Shown piece after piece: positions 1 through 8,007 of a stretch of DNA of 64,000 bases (the stretch's first letter is position 1; each line of letters starts with the position of its first letter). The notes beneath the pieces are model-generated. The model made no database searches and was not told where the DNA came from. It worked only from the letters and a program-made list of their open reading frames with translations. The position numbers and the translations under genes are program-made. The DNA is from an uncultured Candidatus Saccharibacteria bacterium (GTDB lineage: Bacteria; Patescibacteriota; Minisyncoccia; Minisyncoccales; GWA2-38-27): NCBI GenBank assembly GCA_964583485.1, contig CAZOVC010000002.1, positions 2,959 to 66,958 of the forward strand, given 5' to 3'.

Positions 1-224
<224 letters not shown>

Positions 225-731
225 TTATTTAGCTATTTTTACTCTAGCAGGTCTGATAACCTTGCTGTTTAAAATATAGCCCTTTTTAAATTCTTTAATA
301 ATAGTTCCAGATTTAGAATCGCTTTCAGCCATCTCCACTGATTCATGAAAATTAGGATCAAAATCTTTTTTTAAACAATCTATTTGTTCTACTCTTTGAT
401 TCTTTAAAAACTCTAATATCTGGTTTTTAATATTTAATATTCCCTTAACCCATTCATTTTTTTCTAAATCTTTGGGAAGTTTCTTCTCGGCAATATATAT
501 ATTATCTAAAATATCTAAAATATCCAATATTAATCCCTGATTAGCGAATTTCATCAGCTCGCTTACTCTTTCTGCTTCCTGTTTTTTGTAATTCAAAAAA
601 GAAGCTCTTTCTCTTTTCCAGTTTTCTAAATATTCCTGCTCTTTGTTTTTTTTATCTTGTTCTTTATCTTTTTCTTTATCTTTTTTATCATTCATACATC
701 TCATTATAAACAAGTCAAAAACAAAAGTCAA
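225..731 (-). CDS. grpE: Nucleotide exchange factor GrpE (true start probably an internal Met near 695)
   Basis: K/E-rich N-terminal tail and a GrpE-like C-terminal region (LKKDFDPNFHESVEMAE...KGYILNSKVIRPARVKI). Classic grpE-dnaK order. Confidence 0.75.
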   Translation of the reverse strand: MTFVFDLFIMRCMNDKKDKEKDKEQDKKNKEQEYLENWKRERASFLNYKKQEAERVSELMKFANQGLILDILDILDNIYIAEKKLPKDLEKNEWVKGILNIKNQILEFLKNQRVEQIDCLKKDFDPNFHESVEMAESDSKSGTIIKEFKKGYILNSKVIRPARVKIAK

Positions 732-770
732 TCTGCGGTTGATATCTGCGGTTGATATCGGATATCAACC
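731..770. promoter_or_regulatory. Tandem 13-nt direct repeat (atctgcggttgat x2) followed by a perfect inverted repeat ggttgatatc-g-gatatcaacc, immediately upstream of grpE
   Basis: Read directly from the sequence. It is not a CIRCE or CtsR consensus. Its position makes it a candidate operator for the grpE-dnaK operon. Confidence 0.3.
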
Positions 771-781
771 AGCAATACTTT

Positions 782-1072
782 TTAAATTTTTTTAACTTTC
801 TTTCCTTTAAATTGCTTAATTTCTTGAAGCATTCCTTCTGTGGGCTCGCCGTATATCCACATTTCATCACACATCTCTAATAATTTTCTTCCCATTTCCA
901 TTCCAATTTCTCTTTCTTTTGAATCATCGTCATTTAAAAATTGGGTAAAATAAATATGAGGTGTAATAGGTATATGCCCAGCTAATACTACTTCCCTTGA
1001 ATACTTTTTAGCTCTTTCTATATTTTCTTCTATATTCCCCCTCAACGGACTACAAATAAATATCTTTTTCAT
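782..1072 (-). CDS. Small hypothetical protein (DUF4406-like, nucleoside deoxyribosyltransferase-like fold suspected)
   Basis: 96-aa ORF MKKIFICSPLRGN...HIPITPHIYF...CDEMWIYGEPTEGM, recalled as DUF4406-like from memory only. Confidence 0.4.
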   Translation of the reverse strand: MKKIFICSPLRGNIEENIERAKKYSREVVLAGHIPITPHIYFTQFLNDDDSKEREIGMEMGRKLLEMCDEMWIYGEPTEGMLQEIKQFKGKKVKKI

Positions 1073-1110
1073 AATTTTTTGATTTTTTATTATATTCTTG
1101 CGTTAAGCTC

Positions 1111-1135
1111 TTGCGTTAAGCTTAGCTTAACGCAA
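1111..1135. repeat. Perfect 25-nt palindrome ttgcgttaagct-t-agcttaacgcaa, with a partial direct copy at 1098-1110; member of a 3-copy palindrome family
   Basis: The identical 25-mer recurs at 2716-2740. A related palindrome, aagtaagct-t-agcttactt, is at 2093-2111. All three are intergenic, at the ends of minus-strand genes. Confidence 0.5.
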
Positions 1136-1148
1136 TCTATTTTCTACT

Positions 1149-2063
1149 TTATTTTTTAATTGAGATAGTTTCTGATTGAAAAAGATTTATTAAATCTTGT
1201 TTAAACTGCTCTAAATCCACTAAACCTCCGTAATAATCCAATGGAACCTGGACAGAATACTGTTCAAATTTCTGCCAGGCCTCTTCTTCTTGACCAGCCA
1301 GCAGATAATTGACTGTAATGCAAACCAATAAAGGAGAATAATTCTCAAACTCTTCTGTTTCCTGTTCTGCTAATTGTTCTTTCAAATGATTTTCACAAAT
1401 AAAAGCTTCTTCAAGATAATCTTTTTCAAAATCAACATTATTGATTATAAACTGATCGTCTTCTACTTCTAAATATTGAGCAAAGAAATAGGAATTAACA
1501 TAAGGGGTATAAAAATAGGCAAACCTATCATCAAAAATCTTTATATAAAGATTTTTACCTTTCATAACTAAGCCTTCCTCTAAAATATGGGTCTCTCCCA
1601 AATCTAAAGTTCCTATAAATTTTAATTCATTATTTTCATCCAAGCAAAAGATATATTCGCTGAAACAACAGTGGGCGCCTCCCGAATAATCGCTAACAAT
1701 AATATATTTATTCCATTGATATTTAAAAGCTAAAATATCTAAAACCATATATAAAGGAGTGCTGGCAAAAACTTTTTCTCCTTTATTATAAACTTCAAAA
1801 TATCCGAATTCAAAACTTTCTAAATCTGGGGGATATATAACAAACTCAGCTGTACCAATCTCATACCTGTATTCTTCATCATATGGAACCTCTCCTGTTT
1901 TTAGAATTGAGAAATCCTTCCAGTCCAAAGTTCCTTCTTCGTCTTCAGATTTCTCTTGATCGGGCTGATAAAAAAAGAGATAAAAAACCACTGCTCCAAT
2001 TATAAAGGTAAATATAATAATTGTTATTACTATAGTTATTAAAACTAATATTTTTTTATCCAT
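1149..2063 (-). CDS. Hypothetical membrane-anchored protein (N-terminal TM helix, acidic extracytoplasmic domain)
   Basis: 304-aa ORF with hydrophobic N-terminus LVLITIVITIIIFTFIIGAVVFYLFF. No recognisable family. Confidence 0.55.
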   Translation of the reverse strand: MDKKILVLITIVITIIIFTFIIGAVVFYLFFYQPDQEKSEDEEGTLDWKDFSILKTGEVPYDEEYRYEIGTAEFVIYPPDLESFEFGYFEVYNKGEKVFASTPLYMVLDILAFKYQWNKYIIVSDYSGGAHCCFSEYIFCLDENNELKFIGTLDLGETHILEEGLVMKGKNLYIKIFDDRFAYFYTPYVNSYFFAQYLEVEDDQFIINNVDFEKDYLEEAFICENHLKEQLAEQETEEFENYSPLLVCITVNYLLAGQEEEAWQKFEQYSVQVPLDYYGGLVDLEQFKQDLINLFQSETISIKK

Positions 2064-2092
2064 AGATTTAACTTAATCAATTCTTTAATTTA

Positions 2093-2111
2093 AAGTAAGC
2101 TTAGCTTACTT
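2093..2111. repeat. Palindrome aagtaagct-t-agcttactt, related to the 1111/2716 palindromes through the shared aagcttagctt core
   Basis: Read from the sequence. Lies about 30 nt upstream of the start of the 1149..2063 gene. Confidence 0.4.
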
Positions 2112-2282
2112 AAGTATTATTAAAGAAAATATTTAAAGATGGTAAATAACATCTTTTCTTTCAACAATAATTTTCCAACCAACGCGTTTCGCGTATTGAT
2201 AAAGTTTTTTATATATGACCTTTCATTTTCATTCTACCCCTTCGCTTCGTTCAGGGCAAGTAGAAAATCGCCCAAAAAGCGA

Positions 2283-2312
2283 TAAAAAAAGGAAGGTTTA
2301 ATCCTTCCTTAA
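2283..2312 (-). terminator. Rho-independent terminator on the minus strand (stem aaggaagg/ccttcctt followed by a T7 run)
   Basis: The minus strand reads aaggaaggattaaaccttcctttttttatcgc, directly downstream of the 2339..2551 gene. Confidence 0.5.
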
Positions 2313-2338
2313 TTAGTTGAAACCCTTAAAAACCTAAT

Positions 2339-2551
2339 TTATGTAGCAAAGCAAGAAGATGAAATTGCAGCAGTTTTACAATCAGGATCACCACATAATC
2401 GAATTTGGTTGGATTTAAAAGTTTTCTCCCTTTTTTCCTCTGCGCCTAGGTTCCTTGGCACAAATCCTCCAGGGGTTTCAAGAAAGTCTTCGTCTAAAAA
2501 AGGGGCGTGCCTTTTCCCACATATTGGACAAATCATCTTCTTTCCCTTCAA
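2339..2551 (-). CDS. Small zinc-ribbon protein (CPICG ... CGDPDC)
   Basis: 70-aa ORF with two Cys pairs. Has its own AT-rich upstream region (2552-2700) and a downstream terminator. Confidence 0.4.
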   Translation of the reverse strand: MKGKKMICPICGKRHAPFLDEDFLETPGGFVPRNLGAEEKREKTFKSNQIRLCGDPDCKTAAISSSCFAT

Positions 2552-2715
2552 AAATTATTCAAAAACTTGTATTCCATTGAAACTACTATTTATATTATAC
2601 ACCCGTTTTTTAATATTGTCAATGTTTTTGGGGTGGGTTAATCAATTTCTTCGCCCTTCCGTAGTTTTAACGAAGGAGGGTTTGATTTTTATTTAAAACT
2701 AGGCCCGGTCTACTT

Positions 2716-2740
2716 TTGCGTTAAGCTTAGCTTAACGCAA
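2716..2740. repeat. Second perfect copy of the palindrome ttgcgttaagcttagcttaacgcaa
   Basis: Identical to 1111-1135. Lies 25 nt downstream of the stop of the SWIM-domain gene. Confidence 0.5.
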
Positions 2741-2764
2741 ATCGAGCTTCAACCTTAATAGACC

Positions 2765-3631
2765 TCAATAATCGTCCCGATGCTCATTAAATTTTTGAAG
2801 TCTTTGATTGAAAATAGCTTTCTCTTTGTTTAAAACATCAAATTTCTTAAGGGATTGATAAACATCTTCCAAATGAGCTTCAGTAAACTCATGTAAACCT
2901 TCGCTGTCATCTATCAGTTCCATAATAAACTTGTAATGAAATTTTTGGGCTTCTCGTAGGATTTCTATACCAACAAAGGGAGAAGTAGCAACCAAACGTT
3001 TCTTTATTATCCTCATTACTTCACAAAAAGCTGCCACCATCTCATCAGCACAGAAATAAATATCATACATTCTATAATTAGTCCATCCCTCAATCTCGCG
3101 AAATGCTTTTTGAACCTCTTTAAGAGAAAGAGGTCTATTCTTATCAGTATTAAAATGAGGCATCTTTGGCAAGCGACTATGCGGCCTCGGCTTTCCTCCT
3201 AATGCGGTTTCATCAGCAAGAACACGAAGTATTTCTAAATCAGCCTTAAGAGGATTTCTATAAAGTGCATTTATTTGGGCCCGAGAAATAAGCGGAGGAG
3301 CAATAGCATAAGATTTAATCTCTTCTTTTACTGGCCTGGCAATACTTCTCATTTCATCCCAAACAATTGCCACTGCCACCATATGTTTGCATATAGGACT
3401 ATACGATGAAGATCTATCGGCGTAAGGACAATTACACTCCCTACTTATTCCTCCACTAGTAAATTTAAGATTAACAACATATCGCTTTGCGCCCCTTACT
3501 GCAGCTTTAACTTCTTTTTCGCCGCTTTTGATAATATTAACTCTCCCACTATCTACGTAATCTTCTCCTCGATACCAAACCTCCTCATTAGTTTTATTTA
3601 GCAATAATTCAGTTGCTGATCTCATTTGCAT
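2765..3631 (-). CDS. SWIM zinc-finger domain protein
   Basis: Motif CNCPYADRSSSYSPICKHMVAV fits the SWIM pattern CxCx(n)CxH. 288 aa. Confidence 0.55.
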   Translation of the reverse strand: MQMRSATELLLNKTNEEVWYRGEDYVDSGRVNIIKSGEKEVKAAVRGAKRYVVNLKFTSGGISRECNCPYADRSSSYSPICKHMVAVAIVWDEMRSIARPVKEEIKSYAIAPPLISRAQINALYRNPLKADLEILRVLADETALGGKPRPHSRLPKMPHFNTDKNRPLSLKEVQKAFREIEGWTNYRMYDIYFCADEMVAAFCEVMRIIKKRLVATSPFVGIEILREAQKFHYKFIMELIDDSEGLHEFTEAHLEDVYQSLKKFDVLNKEKAIFNQRLQKFNEHRDDY

Positions 3632-3802
3632 AATTTATTTTTCTTTTTTCATAATTTTAATCAATTCTTTGATTTTTTATTTCAATTATCGAGGTTCGAT
3701 CTCGATAGAAATATAATCTCATATATTCAATTTAACTCTTTTCTAACTTAAATTCAAGGACGACGACGGGGGCCTTGAGGCCAAGCCGCCTAAGGGAGAC
3801 CC

Positions 3803-3852
3803 AAAGTGTGCAAAACCGAGTTTTGCACACTCATTACGACGAATATGATTGT
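3803..3852. other. Copy 1 of a conserved 50-nt element carrying a perfect 10-bp inverted repeat (gtgtgcaaaa-ccgag-ttttgcacac); candidate operator or small RNA module
   Basis: 49 of 50 nt identical to 50778-50827. Intergenic, between the GT2-GtrA gene and the SWIM gene. Confidence 0.45.
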
Positions 3853-3951
3853 GAGGATTTTGGGGACGGTATCCCCTGCGAAGCATTGCGATAATAAAAA
3901 AGCCCAAATATAATTTTGTTCATAAATGGGCTTTAAAGAATAGAATCGAAT

Positions 3952-5364
3952 TTATTTCTTAAAAACAATGAATTTATAACCCAGAAAGTTCCAAACCATA
4001 GAAAACATAGTAGCAATTAACGCTCCAACAGTTGCCCAAATCTTGGGAGAAATTCCAGCTTGAGGACCAATTAAATTTACCGCCAAAGAAGCAATTCCCA
4101 CATTTATTACCAGCCCAATCGCGCTTATTATTAAAAATTGCAAAAACTCTGTTCCAGTTTTTTCAACCTTTATCTTTTTAAAGGTCCAGAATTTATTCCA
4201 AAGAAAACTGTTAATTATGGCTATTAAGAAAGAAACTCCTTTAAAAACTGGATAAAAAAGACCAGCAGTAATTCCGGTTAAAAGAATCTGTAAATTAAGC
4301 GCTCCCCAATCAATCAAAGTATTGGAAATTCCTACGGTTGCAAATTTTCCAGCCTGAAAAATAACTGGAACCTTTTTTCCTAAAACATAGGTAATATAAA
4401 GAGAAATTGCAGCTGCAATTGGAACAATAACTGCTAAAAATAAACCCCCACACCAAAAATTTGGTAGTGGGGGTAAACCCAGATAAAGTCCCCAGGTCCA
4501 AAAATCAAGTTCTAAGGTTTTTAAAATTGTAAAAGCCAGCCAGGCAACCATCTCGCCGATAATTAAAGCAGAAATCAAATCAGTTTTTCTCCAAGTAGCT
4601 GATTCTGCTTTTTCTTCTTTTTTCTCATACTTTCCCAAAATCAGATTCTGTTTGATTTTGAATGTCTCAAAAAGCATTTTAACCATACTTTTAAATTTTA
4701 CTTTGCTTTGCGCGTCATTTACCCAGGTTATGGGAATTTCTTTAATTTTATAGCCCAGTTTTTTTGCTATAACCAGAACTTCTGGATCAAATCCAAAATG
4801 GCGAATAAAGATTCTGGAAAAAATATCTTGAGCCGCTTTTTCTTTAAAACCTTTGAAACCGCATTGAGTATCTTTAATTTCCCAAAGGCCAATAATTATT
4901 TTTCTAACTAATTTAAAACCTCCTCCCAAAATTACTTTTCTTATCCAGGGTTGAGGCACAGACAGAACCGCTCCCTTAATATCTCTTGAGCCAATAACAA
5001 TATCATATCCTGCTTCAAATTCCGGCCACATTTTCTCAACCTGATCAATTGAAGTTGAATTATCAGCATCAGTAAAAATTCTATATTCTCCCTTGGCTTC
5101 AAATATCCCCTGTTTTACTCCAAAGCCCTTGCCCAGACGTTCTTTGAACTCAAGGACTTTTAAGTTTTCTATCTCCGGCATCAAATTCTTTACCTTCTCA
5201 ACCGTTCTGTCGCTTGAACCATCGCTTACTACAATAATTTCAGAAGTATATATTTGCTTTTTCAAATAATTATTGATTTCTCGCAAAGTTTTGGGCAATC
5301 TTTTTTCTTCATTATAAGCCGGAATAATGACTGAAAGATAGGTTTTTTGATTTTGATTATCCAT
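3952..5364 (-). CDS. Polyprenyl-phosphate glycosyltransferase: GT2 catalytic domain fused to a C-terminal GtrA-like membrane domain
   Basis: N-terminus IIPAYNEE...VVSDGSSD is a GT2 signature. C-terminus has several TM helices ending NSFLWNKFWTFKK, a GtrA motif. Carries an in-frame palindromic insert at 4441-4477. Confidence 0.7.
   Translation of the reverse strand: MDNQNQKTYLSVIIPAYNEEKRLPKTLREINNYLKKQIYTSEIIVVSDGSSDRTVEKVKNLMPEIENLKVLEFKERLGKGFGVKQGIFEAKGEYRIFTDADNSTSIDQVEKMWPEFEAGYDIVIGSRDIKGAVLSVPQPWIRKVILGGGFKLVRKIIIGLWEIKDTQCGFKGFKEKAAQDIFSRIFIRHFGFDPEVLVIAKKLGYKIKEIPITWVNDAQSKVKFKSMVKMLFETFKIKQNLILGKYEKKEEKAESATWRKTDLISALIIGEMVAWLAFTILKTLELDFWTWGLYLGLPPLPNFWCGGLFLAVIVPIAAAISLYITYVLGKKVPVIFQAGKFATVGISNTLIDWGALNLQILLTGITAGLFYPVFKGVSFLIAIINSFLWNKFWTFKKIKVEKTGTEFLQFLIISAIGLVINVGIASLAVNLIGPQAGISPKIWATVGALIATMFSMVWNFLGYKFIVFKK
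4441..4477. repeat. Copy A of a bulged palindromic element (taaacccccacaccaaaaatttggtagtgggggtaaa), inserted in frame inside the GT2-GtrA coding sequence; encodes LPPLPNFWCGGL
   Basis: Nearly identical to 14700-14736 and degenerately to 42911-42946. All copies keep the same single-base bulge asymmetry (CACACC versus GGTAGTG). Confidence 0.6.
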
Positions 5365-5415
5365 TGCTTTTATTTTAACATTAAAGATGTTAAAATACTA
5401 TTAAGAGAATATACT

Positions 5416-7173
5416 ATGTCTAATCGTCTCACAAATTTAATCGCCGGGCTCCTGCTTATTATGGTATTCTTGGTTTGCTTTTTCGGTATGAAGAATGATT
5501 CAGCCACAATGGATGAAATGTCTCATATCCCGGCTGGCTATTCTTATTTAACACAGAAAGATTTTCGGATTAACCCGGAGCATCCGCCATTGGTAAAAGA
5601 CTTAGCCGCTGTTCCGCTTCTATTTTTAGACCTAAATTTCCCAGAAGACCATACTTCCTGGACTCAAGGAACTAATGAACAATGGAACTTCGGTTCTCAA
5701 TTCTTATATTATTCAGGAAATAATCCTGATCAAATTTTGTTTTGGGCCAGAATCCCAATGATTCTGCTTTTAATATTTTTAGGCTGGTTCATATTTCGCT
5801 GGGCAAAAGAATTAGGAGGAAACAAAGTTGCTCTTTTGGTCTTAACCCTATTTTCCTTCTCCCCTACTTTTTTAGCCCATGGAAGATTGGTAACTACTGA
5901 CGTGGCTGCGACCTTGGGAGTAGTTATGGCTTCTTATTTCTGGATAAAATTTCTAAAAAGTCCCACAAAAAAGAATATAATCTTAGCCGGCCTGATATTT
6001 GGAGTATCAATGCTTTTAAAGTTTTCTTTAGTTCTGGTTGTTCCCCTCTTTGCTGTAATTACTATTGTTTATACTCTCTTAAGGAAAAAACCTCTCCTAA
6101 AATATATTGGTTTGGCTTTTTTAGCAGGGATAATTGGAATGGTTCTTATCTGGCCGGTTTATCAGTTTCATCTTTTAAATTATCCAGCTGAACGCCAATT
6201 GCAGGATTCTAAGATTATTTTATCTTCGGGGGGTATAAATACTATAGAAAGTATTTGCGTCTGGATGGCTGATAAACCCGGATTAAGACCTTATGCTCAT
6301 TACTTTTTAGGGCTTCTAATGGCCAGTCAAAGAGTATCCGGCGGCAACACTGTGTATTTTTTTAATGAAATTTCAAATAGGGGCTGGTGGTATTATTTCC
6401 CTGTTGTTTACCTTTTAAAAATTCCTTTAGCTTTTCATATTTTAACCTTGATTGCTCTTTTATATGTATTCTGGCTAATTATAATTAAAAGGCCTTTCTG
6501 GCAAAATGTTTTTCATAGAATAAAAGAATGGATAAAAAATCATTTTCCCGAATTTTCAATGTTGGTATTTTTGGCAATTTATTGGTTCACTTCCATAACC
6601 GGAGCTCTTAATATTGGAATAAGGCATATTTTGCCTGTTTTTCCTTTCACATATATTTTAGTTGGTTTAGGAATATCAAAATGGATAAAAAGAATATCCA
6701 GCGCATCCTGGAAAAAAATGGGAATTTCTCTTGTCTCTGCGCTTCTGGGCTTTTACATAATTTCTTCTCTTTTGATTTGGCCCCACTATCTAACCTATTT
6801 TAATGAAATTGCCAAGGGTTCTAAAAATGGGTACAAATATGCAGTGGATTCAAACTATGATTGGGGCCAGGACTTGAAAAGACTAAAAAAATGGGTGGAT
6901 GAAAATGAGATTGAGAAAATTTATCTTAGTTATTTTGGCGGAGGCAACCCTGAATATTATCTAAAGGAAAAATATGCTCCCTGGTGGGGTGACCGTAATA
7001 AAAAAGAACTTCCTCAAGGAAGTTATTTAGCAGTCTCTTTAACATTGCTTCAGGGAGGTAAGGGAAATCCTGCTCCCGGTTTTGACCAGCCAACCGGCTA
7101 TTATCGCTGGCTTGACGATTATGAGCCAATAACTAGAATTGGCAATTCAATATTTATTTATTATATTAATTAA
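5416..7173 (+). CDS. GT-C fold glycosyltransferase (ArnT/PMT/GT39-like, uses a polyprenyl-phosphate-sugar donor); integral membrane
   Basis: Many TM helices and an N-terminal DE motif (MDEMSHIPAGYSY). Divergent from the GT2-GtrA gene, so the pair looks like a donor-synthesis and transfer unit. Start chosen at the Met at 5416 to avoid overlapping the divergent gene. Confidence 0.6.
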   Translation: MSNRLTNLIAGLLLIMVFLVCFFGMKNDSATMDEMSHIPAGYSYLTQKDFRINPEHPPLVKDLAAVPLLFLDLNFPEDHTSWTQGTNEQWNFGSQFLYYSGNNPDQILFWARIPMILLLIFLGWFIFRWAKELGGNKVALLVLTLFSFSPTFLAHGRLVTTDVAATLGVVMASYFWIKFLKSPTKKNIILAGLIFGVSMLLKFSLVLVVPLFAVITIVYTLLRKKPLLKYIGLAFLAGIIGMVLIWPVYQFHLLNYPAERQLQDSKIILSSGGINTIESICVWMADKPGLRPYAHYFLGLLMASQRVSGGNTVYFFNEISNRGWWYYFPVVYLLKIPLAFHILTLIALLYVFWLIIIKRPFWQNVFHRIKEWIKNHFPEFSMLVFLAIYWFTSITGALNIGIRHILPVFPFTYILVGLGISKWIKRISSASWKKMGISLVSALLGFYIISSLLIWPHYLTYFNEIAKGSKNGYKYAVDSNYDWGQDLKRLKKWVDENEIEKIYLSYFGGGNPEYYLKEKYAPWWGDRNKKELPQGSYLAVSLTLLQGGKGNPAPGFDQPTGYYRWLDDYEPITRIGNSIFIYYIN

Positions 7174-7254
7174 CCCCGGTTAAATACTGCTTCGCAGTAA
7201 TTTCACCAAAGGTGAAATTATTTAACTGGGTTAACGATTTTCAGGGTAAACCCT

Positions 7255-8007
7255 TCAACGATTTTCAGGATAAATATAGATTTTTTTAAATCGCAAGTCA
7301 ACATATTCAAGATTCTCTCTATTTTCAAGAGAGATTTTTTCTTTCAGCAAAATACCAAACTCTTCTAATTGCCAGTCCAGGTCTTTTTCAGGATTAAAAT
7401 AGATACTCCAACCTTCCATAGTTTTAACATCTATTCTTTTTTCAGATTTTATCAGGATTTCCTCAATAGGAATCTTTAAATCACTTTTTAACACAGAATT
7501 TATTTTTAAAATCTGGTTTAACTGTTCTTTTTGAACAATGTCTTGCTCGCTTTTAATAATTAACATTTCAGAAGGTATCTCCGAAATCTTTTCAAAAATC
7601 ACTGCTTCTTTGTCAATAAAGAAATATTCTTCATTTTTAGAAAAAACAACAACTGGTTTTCTTTCTTCAATTTGAACTAATAAAACATCGGGAAGATCTC
7701 TTTTTATATCTATATTTGCAATTTGAGGATATTTTTCTAAAAGCATCCTATCTATTTCTTGCAAATCAGCCAGAAAAATATTCTTAGCATTATCGGAAAT
7801 GATAATTCTAATTTCTTCAGCAGAGGTTTTCTCGGCTCCCAAAACTGCTATATTTTTTATTTGAAAGACAGAAGAAAAAATAAAAAAATAAAATAAACCT
7901 GATAAAATAATAAAAAACAAAAGACCCAGCCCAAAAAACTTATTCTTAAAGATATTAAAAATGGACTTTTTCTTTTTTGTCCTGAATGATTTTTTATATT
8001 TCCTCAT
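7255..8007 (-). CDS. ftsQ: Cell division protein FtsQ/DivIB-like (TM helix plus POTRA domain)
   Basis: Basic N-terminus, a single TM helix, then FQIKNIAVLGAEKTSAEEI. Overlaps femAB by 4 nt. Confidence 0.5.
   Translation of the reverse strand: MRKYKKSFRTKKKKSIFNIFKNKFFGLGLLFFIILSGLFYFFIFSSVFQIKNIAVLGAEKTSAEEIRIIISDNAKNIFLADLQEIDRMLLEKYPQIANIDIKRDLPDVLLVQIEERKPVVVFSKNEEYFFIDKEAVIFEKISEIPSEMLIIKSEQDIVQKEQLNQILKINSVLKSDLKIPIEEILIKSEKRIDVKTMEGWSIYFNPEKDLDWQLEEFGILLKEKISLENRENLEYVDLRFKKIYIYPENR

Noticed and set aside
2409-2696. Plus-strand 95-aa ORF overlapping the small zinc-ribbon gene and its upstream region
   Set aside because: Low-complexity hydrophobic translation with no RBS. It overlaps a better minus-strand gene plus its promoter and terminator region.
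3640-3950. Possible housekeeping ncRNA (RNase P, SRP, tmRNA or 6S) in the structured intergenic region 3640-3950
   Set aside because: None of the signature sequences I know for these RNAs are visible. For example, there is no GGTTCGA tRNA-like end for tmRNA and no P4 motifs for RNase P. It is reported only as the copy 1 context of the 50-nt repeat.
4310-4911. ORFs 4310..4501 (minus strand) and 4708..4911 (plus strand) inside the GT2-GtrA gene
   Set aside because: They are alternative-frame or antisense to a strongly supported coding sequence. One of them is generated by the palindromic insert.
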